Positions 48,071 to 60,304 of a DNA stretch of 64,000 nt are shown in pieces (within the stretch, counting starts at the first letter, position 1; every line of letters starts with the position of its first letter). The notes below the pieces were generated by a model that saw only the letters and a program-made list of their open reading frames with translations, did no database searches and was not told the DNA's origin. Origin of the DNA: Rhynchobatus australiae (Eukaryota); the NCBI GenBank assembly GCA_034780895.1, contig JAUZTB010000107.1, positions 70,632,158-70,696,157 of the forward strand, given 5' to 3'. The position numbers were made by a program, and so were the translations under genes.

Positions 48071-51000
48071 AAATGACCATAGCTCTCATCAACCCACACC
48101 AGTATATTATCTCCAATGCCAATTGTTCTAACTTTAGTTTCATATACTTTTGTGTGGTGGCCTTTTGAAACTCCAAATGCATTACATCAACAGGATTTGG
48201 ATGTAACGGCAGTATTATCATTTAATGTTTAAAGCAAAAAAAAGAGTCCAAAAGGCCCATCAAATATTTGCCTGCTCTTCAGAATATTTATCCAATCAGT
48301 CCCACTCACCTGTATTATCCCAAAGGCCTGGAAATTTTTCACCTTCAGGTATTTAACCAACTTGCTTATTAAAGTTGTTAAATCTGCTTCCACCAATATT
48401 TCACATGCTGCATTATAAATTAAAGGTAAAATAATTCTAATCCTTGCCTTTGCTTCCTTTATCAAATACCTTTAAATCCTTAGTTCATCAATGTCCTTTT
48501 TAATTTCAATACCTAATCTATCCTTAACCTTTTCTGCAAAAAGAAAAACATTTTAATCCTGTCTGTTCTCTGTCAGCAGAAACTGAACTAAATCATAAAT
48601 TGAAAGTTGTGGCACTGTTATGGTCATTCCCACTTACCGAGAAGTAGGAATTAAACCTAGTTAGTAACAGCACATTGAGGCCTTATCTAGCAAACAGTTG
48701 CCTTTCACCTGGTCGGAATAATGTAAAAAATTAAAATGGTGGTTGGTTCAAGCTACCTTGTAGTCCTTGCTATTTTATCTAGCCTGAAGCCAGACAAAGG
48801 AGGATTGCCCATTCTAAAGGAGTGGTGCACGAACTAAAGTAGCACCTCCCTATGACATAATCATGATGCTTAGTCCTTTTTAATTGTAGACCTGCCTCAA
48901 AGACCAGCTAAAGGTGCAAGGAAAATAGTTGCCCTGATAAGACCTCAATGTGCTGTCACTAACTAGGTTTAATTACTGCATTTAAAGTATTAATGCAAAA
49001 GACTATATAGTTTTATTTATCATTTAGATTTCTACCCAGGAATAGTAAGGTCATTTGGAGTATCCAATGCTATGCTTGGATTAAGTCAGAATCTATTTGG
49101 TCTACGTGTTCCACTATAACACATCATAACTGCTTGGAAATAAGTGGGCATTTCTAAAGGTGTGTGAGACCATCTGAGGCAGAGCAATAAACATTTTGTT
49201 TGGGGCACTGCACTGGGAAATTCTGTGGCATACATGGCCCAAGCTACTACATGCTACTGGACAGTTTTGGATATTCCAGGCCTTCTCTTTATACATTCGT
49301 TTGTTGCAGAAGAGGGGAGCTGCTGGGTGTTTGTAGCTGATCAACGGATTGTTGGCTGCCAGGGATCAGAGAGGGATAGAACAGGTAGTCAGGGAGAAGA
49401 CTAGCTTTCCTTGACAGTTAGTTTTGCCTCCAAGTCCTGGGCTAAGCAATCCTCAAAGGCCCTTCTTTTACATAAGTGGCACATGGGAGTCANNNNNNNN
49501 NNNNNNNNNNNNNNNNNNNNNNNNNNNNNNNNNNNNNNNNNNNNNNNNNNNNNNNNNNNNNNNNNNNNNNNNNNNNNNNNNNNNNNNNNNNNNNNNNNNN
49601 NNNNNNNNNNNNNNNNNNNNNNNNNNNNNNNNNNNNNNNNNNNNNNNNNNNNNNNNNNNNNNNNNNNNNNNNNNNNNNNNNNNNNNNNNNNNNNNNNCTA
49701 GCCCACTAGAAATCTTCTGCACCTGAGCATCCAAAATGAAAATCATGAACTTTGGAGACTTGCACAGCCTTAATTTTTCTTTGAAGTTGGATGACATAAT
49801 GCACAAAAGTGTATCATCACGTGATCCAGTTTCTAGTTCAGTGTATTTTACATATTAATTTAACTAATGGCATCAGAAGTCAAGAAAAGAATTAAAATTA
49901 TAACTACATGACATCTTTAACTAATTATTCTATCTGCCTCCTGTCAGTAAACATCAGAAATTCACCTTTACATAATTTCACTTCAGTTGCTTTTTTCCAG
50001 CAAAAGAACCCTATAATTATTGTTACATGAAAAAAAACATGCTCACCTACTACATTCTCCTGAAATCCTGATACAAAATAATTCTGTACATACACAGACA
50101 AATCCTAATTGTCATTGATGCAAGTATGATGGAACTGATGAAAAGAATTGGAATAAGCTCAAACAATTTTCTTCCTCTTCCTGTTCTGCTTTATTGACAT
50201 CTATGCAGTGCCAGTCCAAGGACACCTGGCTGTAATTGTTCCAATACAAAAAAAATGAAAGTAGTTCCATAACATCCCTGTCCAGTGCTATTACTTATTC
50301 CACTATTGACTGGCTCCACAGCCCTGCAAACATTCCCTATTTGTTTTTTTTCCAGCTTATTACAGATTAGTGCAGCTGTCAATTTTTGGGTTTTGACAGA
50401 TTACTTGGCTCGCCCGTAAGTAAACAGTGCTGAAGTACTCTAAATAAAAAGCAATCTTTAAAAGGCAAGGAGCAGAATTCAATTGATTTCTATCCTTGAT
50501 TTATTGCGATCCACAAGCATGGCTGTTATCACCAGATTTACGGCTCCTTTGCAGTAATATAAACAGTAGTTCACCTTTAAACAGCAAATACACAAGATTG
50601 CTCCCGACATGGCAAATATGCCCCTGACTGGTTACCCCACCAGTTTTCCTCTGACAATTTTCTGTCTAACACAAAAAAATCAATGAGGCTAAAGGTTGAC
50701 ATTTCATTTTCTAAGAGTGATCCATTGAGAGCCAATCACCAGATCCTGTTTATCAAAGGCTGAAATTGGCAGTATTTATAGCACAGAATTATCAGCTTCT
50801 ACACTCAATGAATCTCAATGTTCTTAGGTGGCAAGTCATAATTTGAATTCCAATGAATAGTGCCATCAATCCTGTCTTAAATAATAAAGCCATCAAAATG
50901 AATGGATGTGATATTAAACTATCGTGCTTGTCATTACTATGTCCCATTACAGTAGCTTTTAATAAAGACTTTTCACCAAATTATGCTGTCTGTTACTTTT

Positions 51001-51654
51001 TGCTTTTCTTCCTAGAAACAGCTTCAGGTTAGAATGTCTCTGTAAAATTATTATTCATGATGCCTTACTCAAAATAATATAACCTGACAGATGTTACAAG
51101 GTTACCAATTAGAGTTGCAGCTTGGCAAAAAAATACTTGCAACCTGCAGAATAATTTGGAAATTTTAAGAGATCTGTGTTATATTTTGCTATGATATGCT
51201 TTCCCAGGTCAATGCAAAAAAGGTATATCTTTTTATGGTATCATAAGACCCAAGGTAAAGTATGACATTTACTGAATACTGAAGTCTTAAGTTTTAAAAG
51301 AATTTTGCTTTTGGTTATATTTGGAATTTGCTTTTGGAAATATCAGACAATTTGGTGCATTGGAGGTATTTTGTTTTGCTTTTCAATTTTATGGTACCAC
51401 ATGTCTCTAGCCTAATCTGCAATAACATTGAGCTTCACTTCAAATCCAAAGAAAACCAAGTGGAGTTTAAAACATGCTGGTAATCTCCTATTTCCCATTT
51501 TGTGGGCCACTCTGGCTGAGAGCAATTTCAGCCCCTTGATTGATCTTAAATAAAGTTTGAAGCCAGGTTCGCTGAAGTGATTCTAATTTTAGTGGAATCA
51601 TCTTGATAATAGATTAGTGAGTTAAATAGTGAGAGAGCGGAAACAAACCAAGGG

Positions 51655-52545
51655 ACATATGAAAGCTGTGAAATGCAGATCATAGCTGCTCTGGAAACTT
51701 GAAACTCAAAAGAATGCTAGAAATGGCCAGCAGATCAAGTAGTGTCTGTGGGGAGTGAAAAGCTGAAGTAATATTATAAACGAATAACCTAGAGCAGAAT
51801 GAGCCATCTCTTACAAACAGAAACAACAAGTTATCTAAACATGTTGCATCAGTATTGAACCCCAAAGCTGCAATGTGCCTAGATAGAAGATGAGGTGTCA
51901 TTCCTCAAGTTTGCAAAGGACCTTGATGGAACAGTGCAGGAAGCCAGAGTGGGAGTGGAAAGGACATTTAGAGTGACAGGCAATTGGAAGTTCTGAGTTG
52001 CCTCTGCAGATTTAACAGAAGTGCTCCCAAAGCAATTGCCCAGTTTGCATTTGGCTTCTCCAGTGCAGAGGAGAGCACATTGTGAGAACTGAGTGTGGTA
52101 CATTAGGTTGGAAGAATGCAAGTGAATCGCTGCTTCACCTGAAAAGACTGTAGGGTCTCTACATGGTGGAAAGAGAGGAGGTAGAAGGACAGGTGCTGCA
52201 TCTCCTACAGTTGCATGGGAAAGGACCACAAAGTCACAAAGGGAATGATTTGTTTGGAATGCTGAAAGCAGAAGGGATTAAATATCTAGAAAAGGTCATC
52301 AATGGTAGCAGAAACTGTGAAGCATGATCCATTGAAAATGGAGGCTGGTGGGGAAGACAAGGACCAGGGTTACTCTTAACTCTGGTCCAGGTAGAAGGAG
52401 ATTGGGTGAGAGCAAAGGAGCAAGAATTAGATGGAAAAAATTCAAGGGCTCTGTCTATTTTGGTAGAGGGAAGGCCATGGTTAATTTAAAAGGAAGACAT
52501 CTGAGAGGCACCAATGTGGCAACTCATTGTCGGAAAAGTTGAATT
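51655..52545 (-). mobile_element. Decayed Penelope-like element (GIY-YIG endonuclease remnant plus pLTR)
   Basis: ORF 51879-52229 SSNLMYHTQFSQCALLCTGEAKCKLGNCF resembles the Penelope motif N.VY.I.C..C.LLYIGET.R.L..RF. Terminus aatgcagat..gctg...gaatgctagaaat..ccagcagatcaagtagtgtctgtgg. Confidence 0.7.
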
Positions 52546-52569
52546 TAATTGGGAATGAAAAGTTAAGTC

Positions 52570-53810
52570 TCTGTACAAGGTGCAATCATATCTAGCACCA
52601 AGAAAGATGGTTGCAATTGATGGAAGTCAGTTATCTCAGTTCTAGAATAAGACGGATGGGCGGCACGGTAGCGTAGTGGTTAGCACGACACTATTACAGT
52701 GCCAGCGATCGGGGTTCGATTCCCGCTGCTGCCTGTAAGGAGTTTGTACGTTCTACCGTGTCTGCGTGGGTTTCCTCCCGGTGCTCCAGTTTCCTCCCAC
52801 ATTCCAAAGATGTACGGGTAGGTTAATTTGGGGTTTAAAATGGGCGGCGCGGATTCGTTGGGCCGGAAGGGCCCGTTACCACGCTGTAAATAAAATTAAG
52901 ATTTCCTCAGTGTGTGTTCCTTCAGCTGCTTCATCAATGACATCCTCAGCCATGCCAGATGTAAGGATATTCACAACTGGTTTGACGGTATTCAGTTTTG
53001 TTCACAAGTCCTCTGATTTTGAACTGCCTTTTCTTACCTAAACTTTTGGGCTTGGGCTAATCAGTGTCATGTAATGGTTCTTGTCACATTAGTGATAGGC
53101 AGTGACAATATTCAACAAACAGTTGTCTAACTGCCCACAATTCCAAAGATTTGACTATTGTTGAATCCTTCACCATCTGTAACCTAAGACATCACCAAGA
53201 AACATAAATAGATCAGCCCTACAAGTACTGACTACAACAGCAGAATATTCTGTGGCAAGTGTCTCAGCTTTTGACTCCCCTATTGTCTTTTTACCATCCA
53301 CAATGAATAATCAGAAGTGCTATGGAATAATCTCCATGTGCCTGAATGAGTGTGGTTGCAATATCCTTCAAGCAGCTGGACACTTTCCAAGACAAGACAG
53401 TCCATGCCATCCACCAGCTTAGATGCTTCAATTCTTCATCACTCATGCATTCTGGCTGCAATGTACAACACCGACAAGATGAACTGCACCAAATCATTAA
53501 CATTTCCCCAAGAACGTCACTTCAACCCATCACTTCCACAACCGAGAGGGCAGTGGTACAAAGAAACACCATCACAAGCAAATTGCCCTTTATATTAATC
53601 AGCATCCTGACTTGGCAATAGGTGATCGTCCCATTGATCATCACTGAGTCTAAATCCTGGAGCTCCCTTCTCAACAACACAGGAAGCACCTTCTCCACAA
53701 GATGTGCAGTGGTTCAAGAAGTCAATTCATCACTGCCTGCTCAAGGGAAATTAGATGGACAATAAATGCTGGCCTGGCTGAAGAAAAGTTCACAGCACAT
53801 GTATGAAAAA
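52570..53810 (+). mobile_element. Old CR1/L2-clade LINE 3' part, host of the SINE at 52658
   Basis: tcatatctagcac..agaaagatggttg...cttcagctgcttcatcaatgac (FSCFIND), ending gggaaattagatggacaataaatgctggcct. Same family as 60305-61875. Confidence 0.7.
52658..52896 (+). mobile_element. V-SINE, young short-tail subfamily, with intact Pol III boxes
   Basis: Box A TAGCGTAGTGG (52669-52679), box B GGTTCGATTCC (52713-52723), V-domain, and tail gggccggaagggcccgttaccacgctgtaaataaaa. Possible TSD TAAGA. Confidence 0.92.
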
Positions 53811-53896
53811 GAAAAAAGTCAGTGGCATGTCTTTAACTTTCAGTTGTCAACTACCTTTGTACCTGGCGCATTGATTGAAAGAGAATCAAAGCTTAC

Positions 53897-54008
53897 CTCC
53901 TACTTATAACAAAGGCTGAGATAAGTATCACAAGTAGAACTGCACTTCCAGCCACGGACACGAGCAAAACTGTGGGGCTGGCACCATCTCCAATGATAGC
54001 TGAAGGAG
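53897..54008 (-). CDS. EPHA4: EphA4 coding exon 8 (transmembrane helix)
   Basis: ccag|CTCCTTCA...AGTAGGAG|gtaagc, 112 nt. Translates [38 protein letters not shown], close to the recalled human EphA4 TM segment ([34 protein letters not shown]). Confidence 0.96.
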
Positions 54009-54517
54009 CTGGAGATGAGCAGAATATTTACATTAGTTTTTTAATCAATAGATAGGTAATTACATCACATTGTTTTTATATATGAGAAAATTGGACATAG
54101 GGTTGAATTTAATCATTTAAGTCTTACTGTGGCTCAGTTAAGAAGAGTATGATCACATCTTTCCAAGTTGATTATGGACCTTTACTGAACTCAGCTAGGC
54201 TCAGCCATGGCGAATGGCGCAACAGCTACCATGTCAGTAGAGTTCAGCTACTGACAGCTATCCAGGCTGGAAAGTGTGAGATGCCCTATCGATTGAAGGG
54301 CAGTTGTAGCTTTAGTTGAGCTGCTGTTATTTTTTAATAGCTTATTGGCACTCTCTGTCACACATGAGGGTCATGTAAATTTAAAGGGACACAGATGTTT
54401 ATGGGTGGATGCTGCTTACAGATGTGAATCCAGCATGGTTCAATATAATATGCAATGTTAATTGAGAAGATCAATGGGAACAGCATTGCCTGAAACAATA
54501 TCTGAATTGCTTAATAC

Positions 54518-54677
54518 CTGAGTTTGTTATAAACTGAAATGGAGCACTGAACTCGCCATATCCTGCAGCTGTTCGTGCACGAACATGAAACATATAGGCT
54601 GTTAAGGGGTTCAAGCCTTTGATTTCTGTATTTCTTGAGAGAGTCTTAACAATCCTGTAGCTGCGTTCATTTTGGTC
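54518..54677 (-). CDS. EPHA4: EphA4 coding exon 7 (FN3-2, C-terminal part)
   Basis: cacag|GACCAAAAT...AACTCAG|gtatta, 160 nt. Translates [53 protein letters not shown]. Not in the ORF track; read manually. Confidence 0.96.
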
Positions 54678-55060
54678 CTGTGTGAAGAAATAAAATATAT
54701 GTTAGAAAGGAAATAGTTAAACAATGAATTAGCACTCAGATTAAAAAATGTTAGATCTGTGTTCAGGATGTGCTCTACTGGTGAAGAAAGTGGATTCTAA
54801 AAACAAATTTACTGACACAATCTTTACGTTCATAGTGGAAATGCAACTGGTAGAGAGATTAGATTATTAAGTCTTTACTGTTGCAAGCTGCATATTTGTT
54901 AACCTATGATATCCCTGTGTCTTAAGGACAAACAGAAAGAAAAAAGTTCTGAACAAATGCACAAGTGTGACCACTGTTTGAAGGACTTGGCAAAGGCTCA
55001 ATGAACTGTTGTATTGTATGTTTCCATAACTGTTGACAGCTTCAGATGTTGATCACTAAC

Positions 55061-55185
55061 CTTTTCATAATACTTGATCTCATATTCCAGTATTACACCA
55101 TTTGGTCTCTCAGGTTCTGGCCAGACCAAAGTAACGCCATGTCTTGTTATCTCCTTAGCTTGAATTATGCCAACAGAAGATGGAG
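55061..55185 (-). CDS. EPHA4: EphA4 coding exon 6 (second fibronectin type III domain, N-terminal part)
   Basis: Minus strand cccag|CTCCATCT...TATGAAAAG|gttagt, 125 nt. Translates (A)[41 protein letters not shown], an EphA FN3 signature. Upstream exons lie beyond the window. Confidence 0.96.
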
Positions 55186-55810
55186 CTGGGTGGAATAAAT
55201 ACATCAGTTTACTCTTAGAAATTAATTCACTAGCTAAATGCAAGACTTCAAACAGAAATAATCTTCTGTATGTATTGCGGCGGCATTTTTTAAATGATCT
55301 TTGGAGAAATTCAATTTCTTTTCTTATTAACCTGGAGAGTTTCCAATTTAGCTGTATTTTTGAAAAATCTGTGCTGATTCTTTTCCCAAATATTCATGAT
55401 CTGTAATCTATGAACCTTTGCACATTTTGAACCTGAAGTTTTTGGCATCTGACTTCAAAATGGGAATGTGCCCTTGAGAAGGAACATATGAGCAAAATGT
55501 GCTAGGTTTTCATTTTTAAGGATGTTGAGTCTCAAGGAAATCCTTTTACAGGTCAATTGAGAACACGGCCTTCTGTAGCCTGTGCAAGTGATTTCACATT
55601 GATTGAAGATTGATTCCTGCTGTCACAAGAGGCCATGCCCCTGCTGTTATTTGCCAATATCACTAGATGCAATGATGTACTCAGATTAAATGGGAACAAC
55701 GTTTGTCTCAGAGAGCCAGTCTTTTTATCAAAAGTGTGCTGCCATTGATTCCAACTACTCTGACTAAAAAGTCCATCACTTCAAGACAGACCTAAATAAG
55801 ACATCGATTG

Positions 55811-55880
55811 TCACAGCTTCCTGCCATAACCCAGCTGATAGCACTCACAGCTTCCTGCCATAACCCAGCTGATAGCACTC
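55811..55880. repeat. Perfect 34-bp tandem duplication
   Basis: (tcacagcttcctgccataacccagctgatagcac)x2 followed by tc. Confidence 0.9.
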
Positions 55881-56288
55881 TTGTCTCTGAGGTGGAAAGT
55901 TGTGGGTTCAGGTCTCACTGCTGCAACTTGAGCTCAAAAATTCAAGGTTGACACTCCAGTGCAGTGCCGAGGGAGTGTTGTGCTGTGCTGTCTTTATAAT
56001 GAGCTGTCAAATTCGGGTCCTCTCTGGATCTCTCAGATTGACATAAAATATCCCATTGCACTATTTCAAAAAATAGCTGGGGAATAATCTGCAATGTCTT
56101 GATCAATATTTATCCTTCAATCAAAATCATTTCAATAAATTATTATTATCACAAATCTATTTCTGGAACCTTGCTCTGCACAACCTATTGCTTCATTACA
56201 ATACTTCAACAAATAGTTAATTGGGTGTAAATTCTTCACTTCAGGGAATGTCCTGGAGCCTTATAAATGCAAGGCTTTCTTTTCTTTC
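55862..56288 (+). mobile_element. DeuSINE/SacSINE1-like SINE, near full length
   Basis: tRNA head (tagcactcttg.ctctgag...gttgtgggttca), tgacactccagtgcagtgccgagggagtg, atcccattgcactatttc, caatatttatccttcaa, and tail ataaatgcaagg.tttcttttctttc. Confidence 0.7.
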
Positions 56289-56474
56289 ACCAAAGATACA
56301 GTTAGGACACTGATTAAAGAGAATAGTGGTCAAAAATTGTCACCTAACTGATCAAAGAAATTAATCCATATGGTTATAGAAGCCAGCAACCTTTGTGCTA
56401 TCTTCTGCTATGATAATGGAGACAATATACCATTTTCAAACACTTATAATTGTCACCTAAGCAAACTGTCAATT

Positions 56475-56715
56475 ATAAGATATCTTTATTAGTCACATGT
56501 ATGTCAAAACACAGAGTGACATGCATCTTTTGCGTAGAGTGTTCTGGGGGCAGCCCACAAAGGAAATCAGAGCACCCGGAAGAAACCCACACAGTCATGG
56601 GGAGAACATACAAACTCCTTATAGACAGCAGCCGGAATTGAACCTGGGTTGCTGGCGCTGTAATAGTGTTACGCTAACCGCTACATTACTGGACCTGCCC
56701 CTACACTACCGTGCC
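56475..56715 (-). mobile_element. V-SINE (9754-type tail), internally deleted, with a duplicated 5' end
   Basis: taagatatctttattagtcacatgta...gggggcagcccaca|aaggaaatcagagcacc...gaattgaacctggg...ctacattact...ctacactaccgtgcc. Confidence 0.85.
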
Positions 56716-59700
56716 TATATTCATTGTGTTTGGGTAGATTATCTTTAAACAAATTTTACAAATGCTTTGGTAAAGTAACAAGAGAAATATCCTGATTTAA
56801 AGAAAGGAAAATGTATTTGAGTTCATAATCCTGCTTACCAGCTGTTGATTTAAGCTGGAGCTATCAGAAGTGTTGGGCTTGGCAGCAGAACTTCCATGTT
56901 TGAACAGTCTGCTGAGGCTCACTGTCAAAAAATGGTCACTTGGTCAAGAAACCAAAATATTTCATTCCAGTCATGAACGAATGCCCAAACAAGGATCAGA
57001 AAGAGAAAGAAGCACTGACATTGCATATTTTACCTCTGCATACAGCACAGAACCTAATTATTTTTCCCTCTCTAGTTTTCCCCTGATGGTTGGCATCAAT
57101 ATTGCTCTGAAATTAGGTTGTGGTATGCTGGTGTTTTTTTTGATTCTTGCCAGCAAATTCAGAGGAAACACTACTTTCATGGAACAGATAAAATTCTTGT
57201 AACTAAATGCACATACCTAGGAAGTCAGGACTGAATATCAATATTCCAGAGTGAAATGAGGTAATGACCACTTCAGCCTCATTTGAGAATTCAACCAAGT
57301 GCTTCTGAGCATGAATCATCTTTGTTCCCCTGATGCAATGTCTGTGATAAGCAAACAGGACATCATTTCCTGTGCAACATTCCTTTTGCAGGGAACCTTG
57401 CACTAAGGTGTCATAATTAGGTACTTCCAGGATGACCTGCACTTCATAGAGCAGCACCGGACTGGGACCCCTTCAGCTCTCCGTATCTTACGGTGCATCC
57501 ATTTGACCATCCCACAGCACTTGGCATCTCTGCCCCAATAACCTGAGGCAGAGCCTCAACCTCCATAACCTCCTGAGGTCCAGGATCTAATGCTCTGATC
57601 TTCCCACCAAGTTTCCCAGTGGAGATATCAATTTGCAACCTCCCAATCCCTAGTGTGATCCCTTTTCCACCTGACCAAAGACCTCCAATGCTTTTCCCAC
57701 CCACTGACTACAGCACATGTCCCTATCTTCCAACACCACAGTGGCACAAGTTCCAATGCCTCCCCTTTCTGCCACCACTATAGCAAGAGAAGTGAGACCC
57801 CACCCACAAAAGTAAAATACCTTAGGCTTTGATGCCACATATTGACAAAGTGAGAGTACAAGGTCGTTTACCCTACTCCAACCCCGTACGGCTCTGATAG
57901 GACCTATAACCAGTGCCATCCAATTTGGTATAGTGAAGCACTAAAGGTACTTGTCAATCAAAAATGAGTCACTCCTTTCAACTCAGTAAAGAACAGGAAG
58001 AGGAAGACGATGCTATAATGTTTTAAATTTTAACTGAATGACACAAGATATGGAGAATACCTAATGATTCCCTTCAACTGCTGATAAGTAATTTATTTCA
58101 ATAATATTTTGTGGTAAAGTGTAACTGGTGAACCTTGAAACAGTATTTGTGGAACTAACCTTAAATATATGGGGCTTTGCAATCTGCATCCTTCTGTATT
58201 TAACTGGGAATGAATAAGTGCTAAAAGTCAATGTTACTGTGACAATGACTATAATATGTGAAGCCACAACATGCAAGTCAGAAAACATAGGTTTGACATT
58301 ATTTCCATTTCAGACATTTTCATATTCCTACATTAAAACATACTTCTACTTAACAAAACACTGTTAGTTTGTTTCTGCCAATTCAATCCATCAAATGCAT
58401 GTGTTTTCTTAAAATCTGGTAATGAAGACTTATGACCTGCCAAGAAAAACATGGCATGCTACTGCATATATTTCCTACAGAGTTGGCCTCAAATCTAAAT
58501 ATCAAAACAAAGCATTCTGCTGGAAAGCAATTTGCGAGTGACAAGTTTTAAAGAAAAACTACATTTTCCCTATTCATTTTAAATGTTTCATGAGTGTCTA
58601 ATTTTTTGCTAATTGATCTGCAAAATCAAAAGCAAATAGCAAAGTAAGAAACTTTTTGTGCTTAAAATCAAATTGCAAAATTGTTAATGTTCCTAGATTT
58701 TTCTTTAAACAGAAGTAGTTACACTACTGAATAGAATCCTAGTACAAACTAAGAGGTAAGGAGTTAACCTATTACTGAACCTTTCCGTCAAGAAATACGG
58801 CTCATTGATCATTTTGCTGGAACTGCTGTTCTATTCCAGTAAATAGATTTGGTCGAAATATGTCATCTGTACTTCTAATGTGTTATGGCTATCTTTAACA
58901 ATTAAGCACGTCCATTTGTGTTCTCAAATCAATCATGTCAAAACAAATCAACAAAAAATGAATTTGAGAACCTCCAGAGACTTGGAAAGTATGGAATAAT
59001 TTGGACTTTTACTATGAGTGATCAGCACAAGGCTGGTTTTAGCAATTTTCATGTTTCTTGACCATTGATCCTGTGTGATGCCTTCCCGTGTATCTCATGT
59101 TAATTCTAGTAATTCTGTACACCACACATAATGCAGTGTCCACTTACAGCACTTTGTCGATACAGAGTTGCTGCTGTTGATTAAAGGACACAGAATAATG
59201 GACAGATTGGGTGGGGCTTTAATTGGGTGAAGCTTGACCAAGGCTTTCAGAAACATAAAGTATTATCTGAACTCAAAAGTTGTATCCAAACATTAACTGA
59301 ATCACTCATATTTACCTGCTGCCTCCAATTCTTATTTACTTCATTAATTCTTAAGATGGCTAAGAATTTAATCTTTATTCATAAAGATTCACATCTTGAG
59401 CATGGCGGTGTCATTGAATGCATATCACAGATCCTTTCAACACAGCTAAATGTACACATATTAAATGAGTTCAGCAGATGTCAAATACAGCCTACTCCAT
59501 ACAGTGCAAACACTCAAACCTAACTATCTACCACATCAGCACTATAAATCTCCCACAATGTGGATGCATTCTGTACCAAAATTACATGAATGTGCTGGAA
59601 ATTTCCACATGATTATAGTAGGGAAGTAGAAATCACTCTTGAGAGGCAATACTCAATTTCCAGAAGGGTAAAAACTAATTTCAATATTATTGATGGAGGT

Positions 59701-60013
59701 GCAGTGATTTAGCATTTTTGAGAAGTGCTTGGTTATCTGTTGCTAGTTGGGATATTGAGTTTCTCTGCCAGAGATTTATAACATGAATGTTGATTTCTTT
59801 TTTGTTTTGTTATGGCACCATTTACCTAGAATCTGAAACTGAAGCTGGTACCTTAAAACTTGACCACTTCAACTGATCACTTTTCGCAGACAATTAACTC
59901 ATTAATTTCCAGCAGTGAGTTCCAGCAGCTACTCCAGCTCGGATGCTGTCCTTGCCTGTATGGCACATTAAAAACTTTCAAGTAAGAATCAATACACTGT
60001 GATCAAGAATGGG

Positions 60014-60148
60014 AAACATAGAAACACAGAAAAACCTACAGCACAATTCAGTCCCTTCGGCCCACAAAGCTGTGCTGAACATGTCTCTACCCTAGAAATT
60101 ACTAGGCTTACCCATAACTCTCTATTTTTCTCATCTCCATGTACCTTA
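60014..60148 (-). mobile_element. CR1 LINE extreme 3' tail
   Basis: aaacatagaaacacagaaaaacctacagcacaattcagtcccttcggcccacaaagctgtgctgaac. Confidence 0.75.
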
Positions 60149-60304
60149 CCAACAAGACAGATTCATCAGCCTGTTCAGTCCATGTATGTTGCTGCTTATT
60201 ACAGTGCTTCCTAGACCACCCTTCTAAAATCAAGTAACTCAGGACCAATTGAAAGTTAAAATTTTGACTTTCAAAGCATGTTTTAAGCTATGCATCCTTA
60301 TTTT

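Noticed and set aside
52658-52730. tRNA gene-like sequences (also at 9754 and 11280-11345)
   Set aside because: The A/B boxes run directly into the V-SINE core, and no complete cloverleaf or oligo-T terminator is evident. These are SINE heads.
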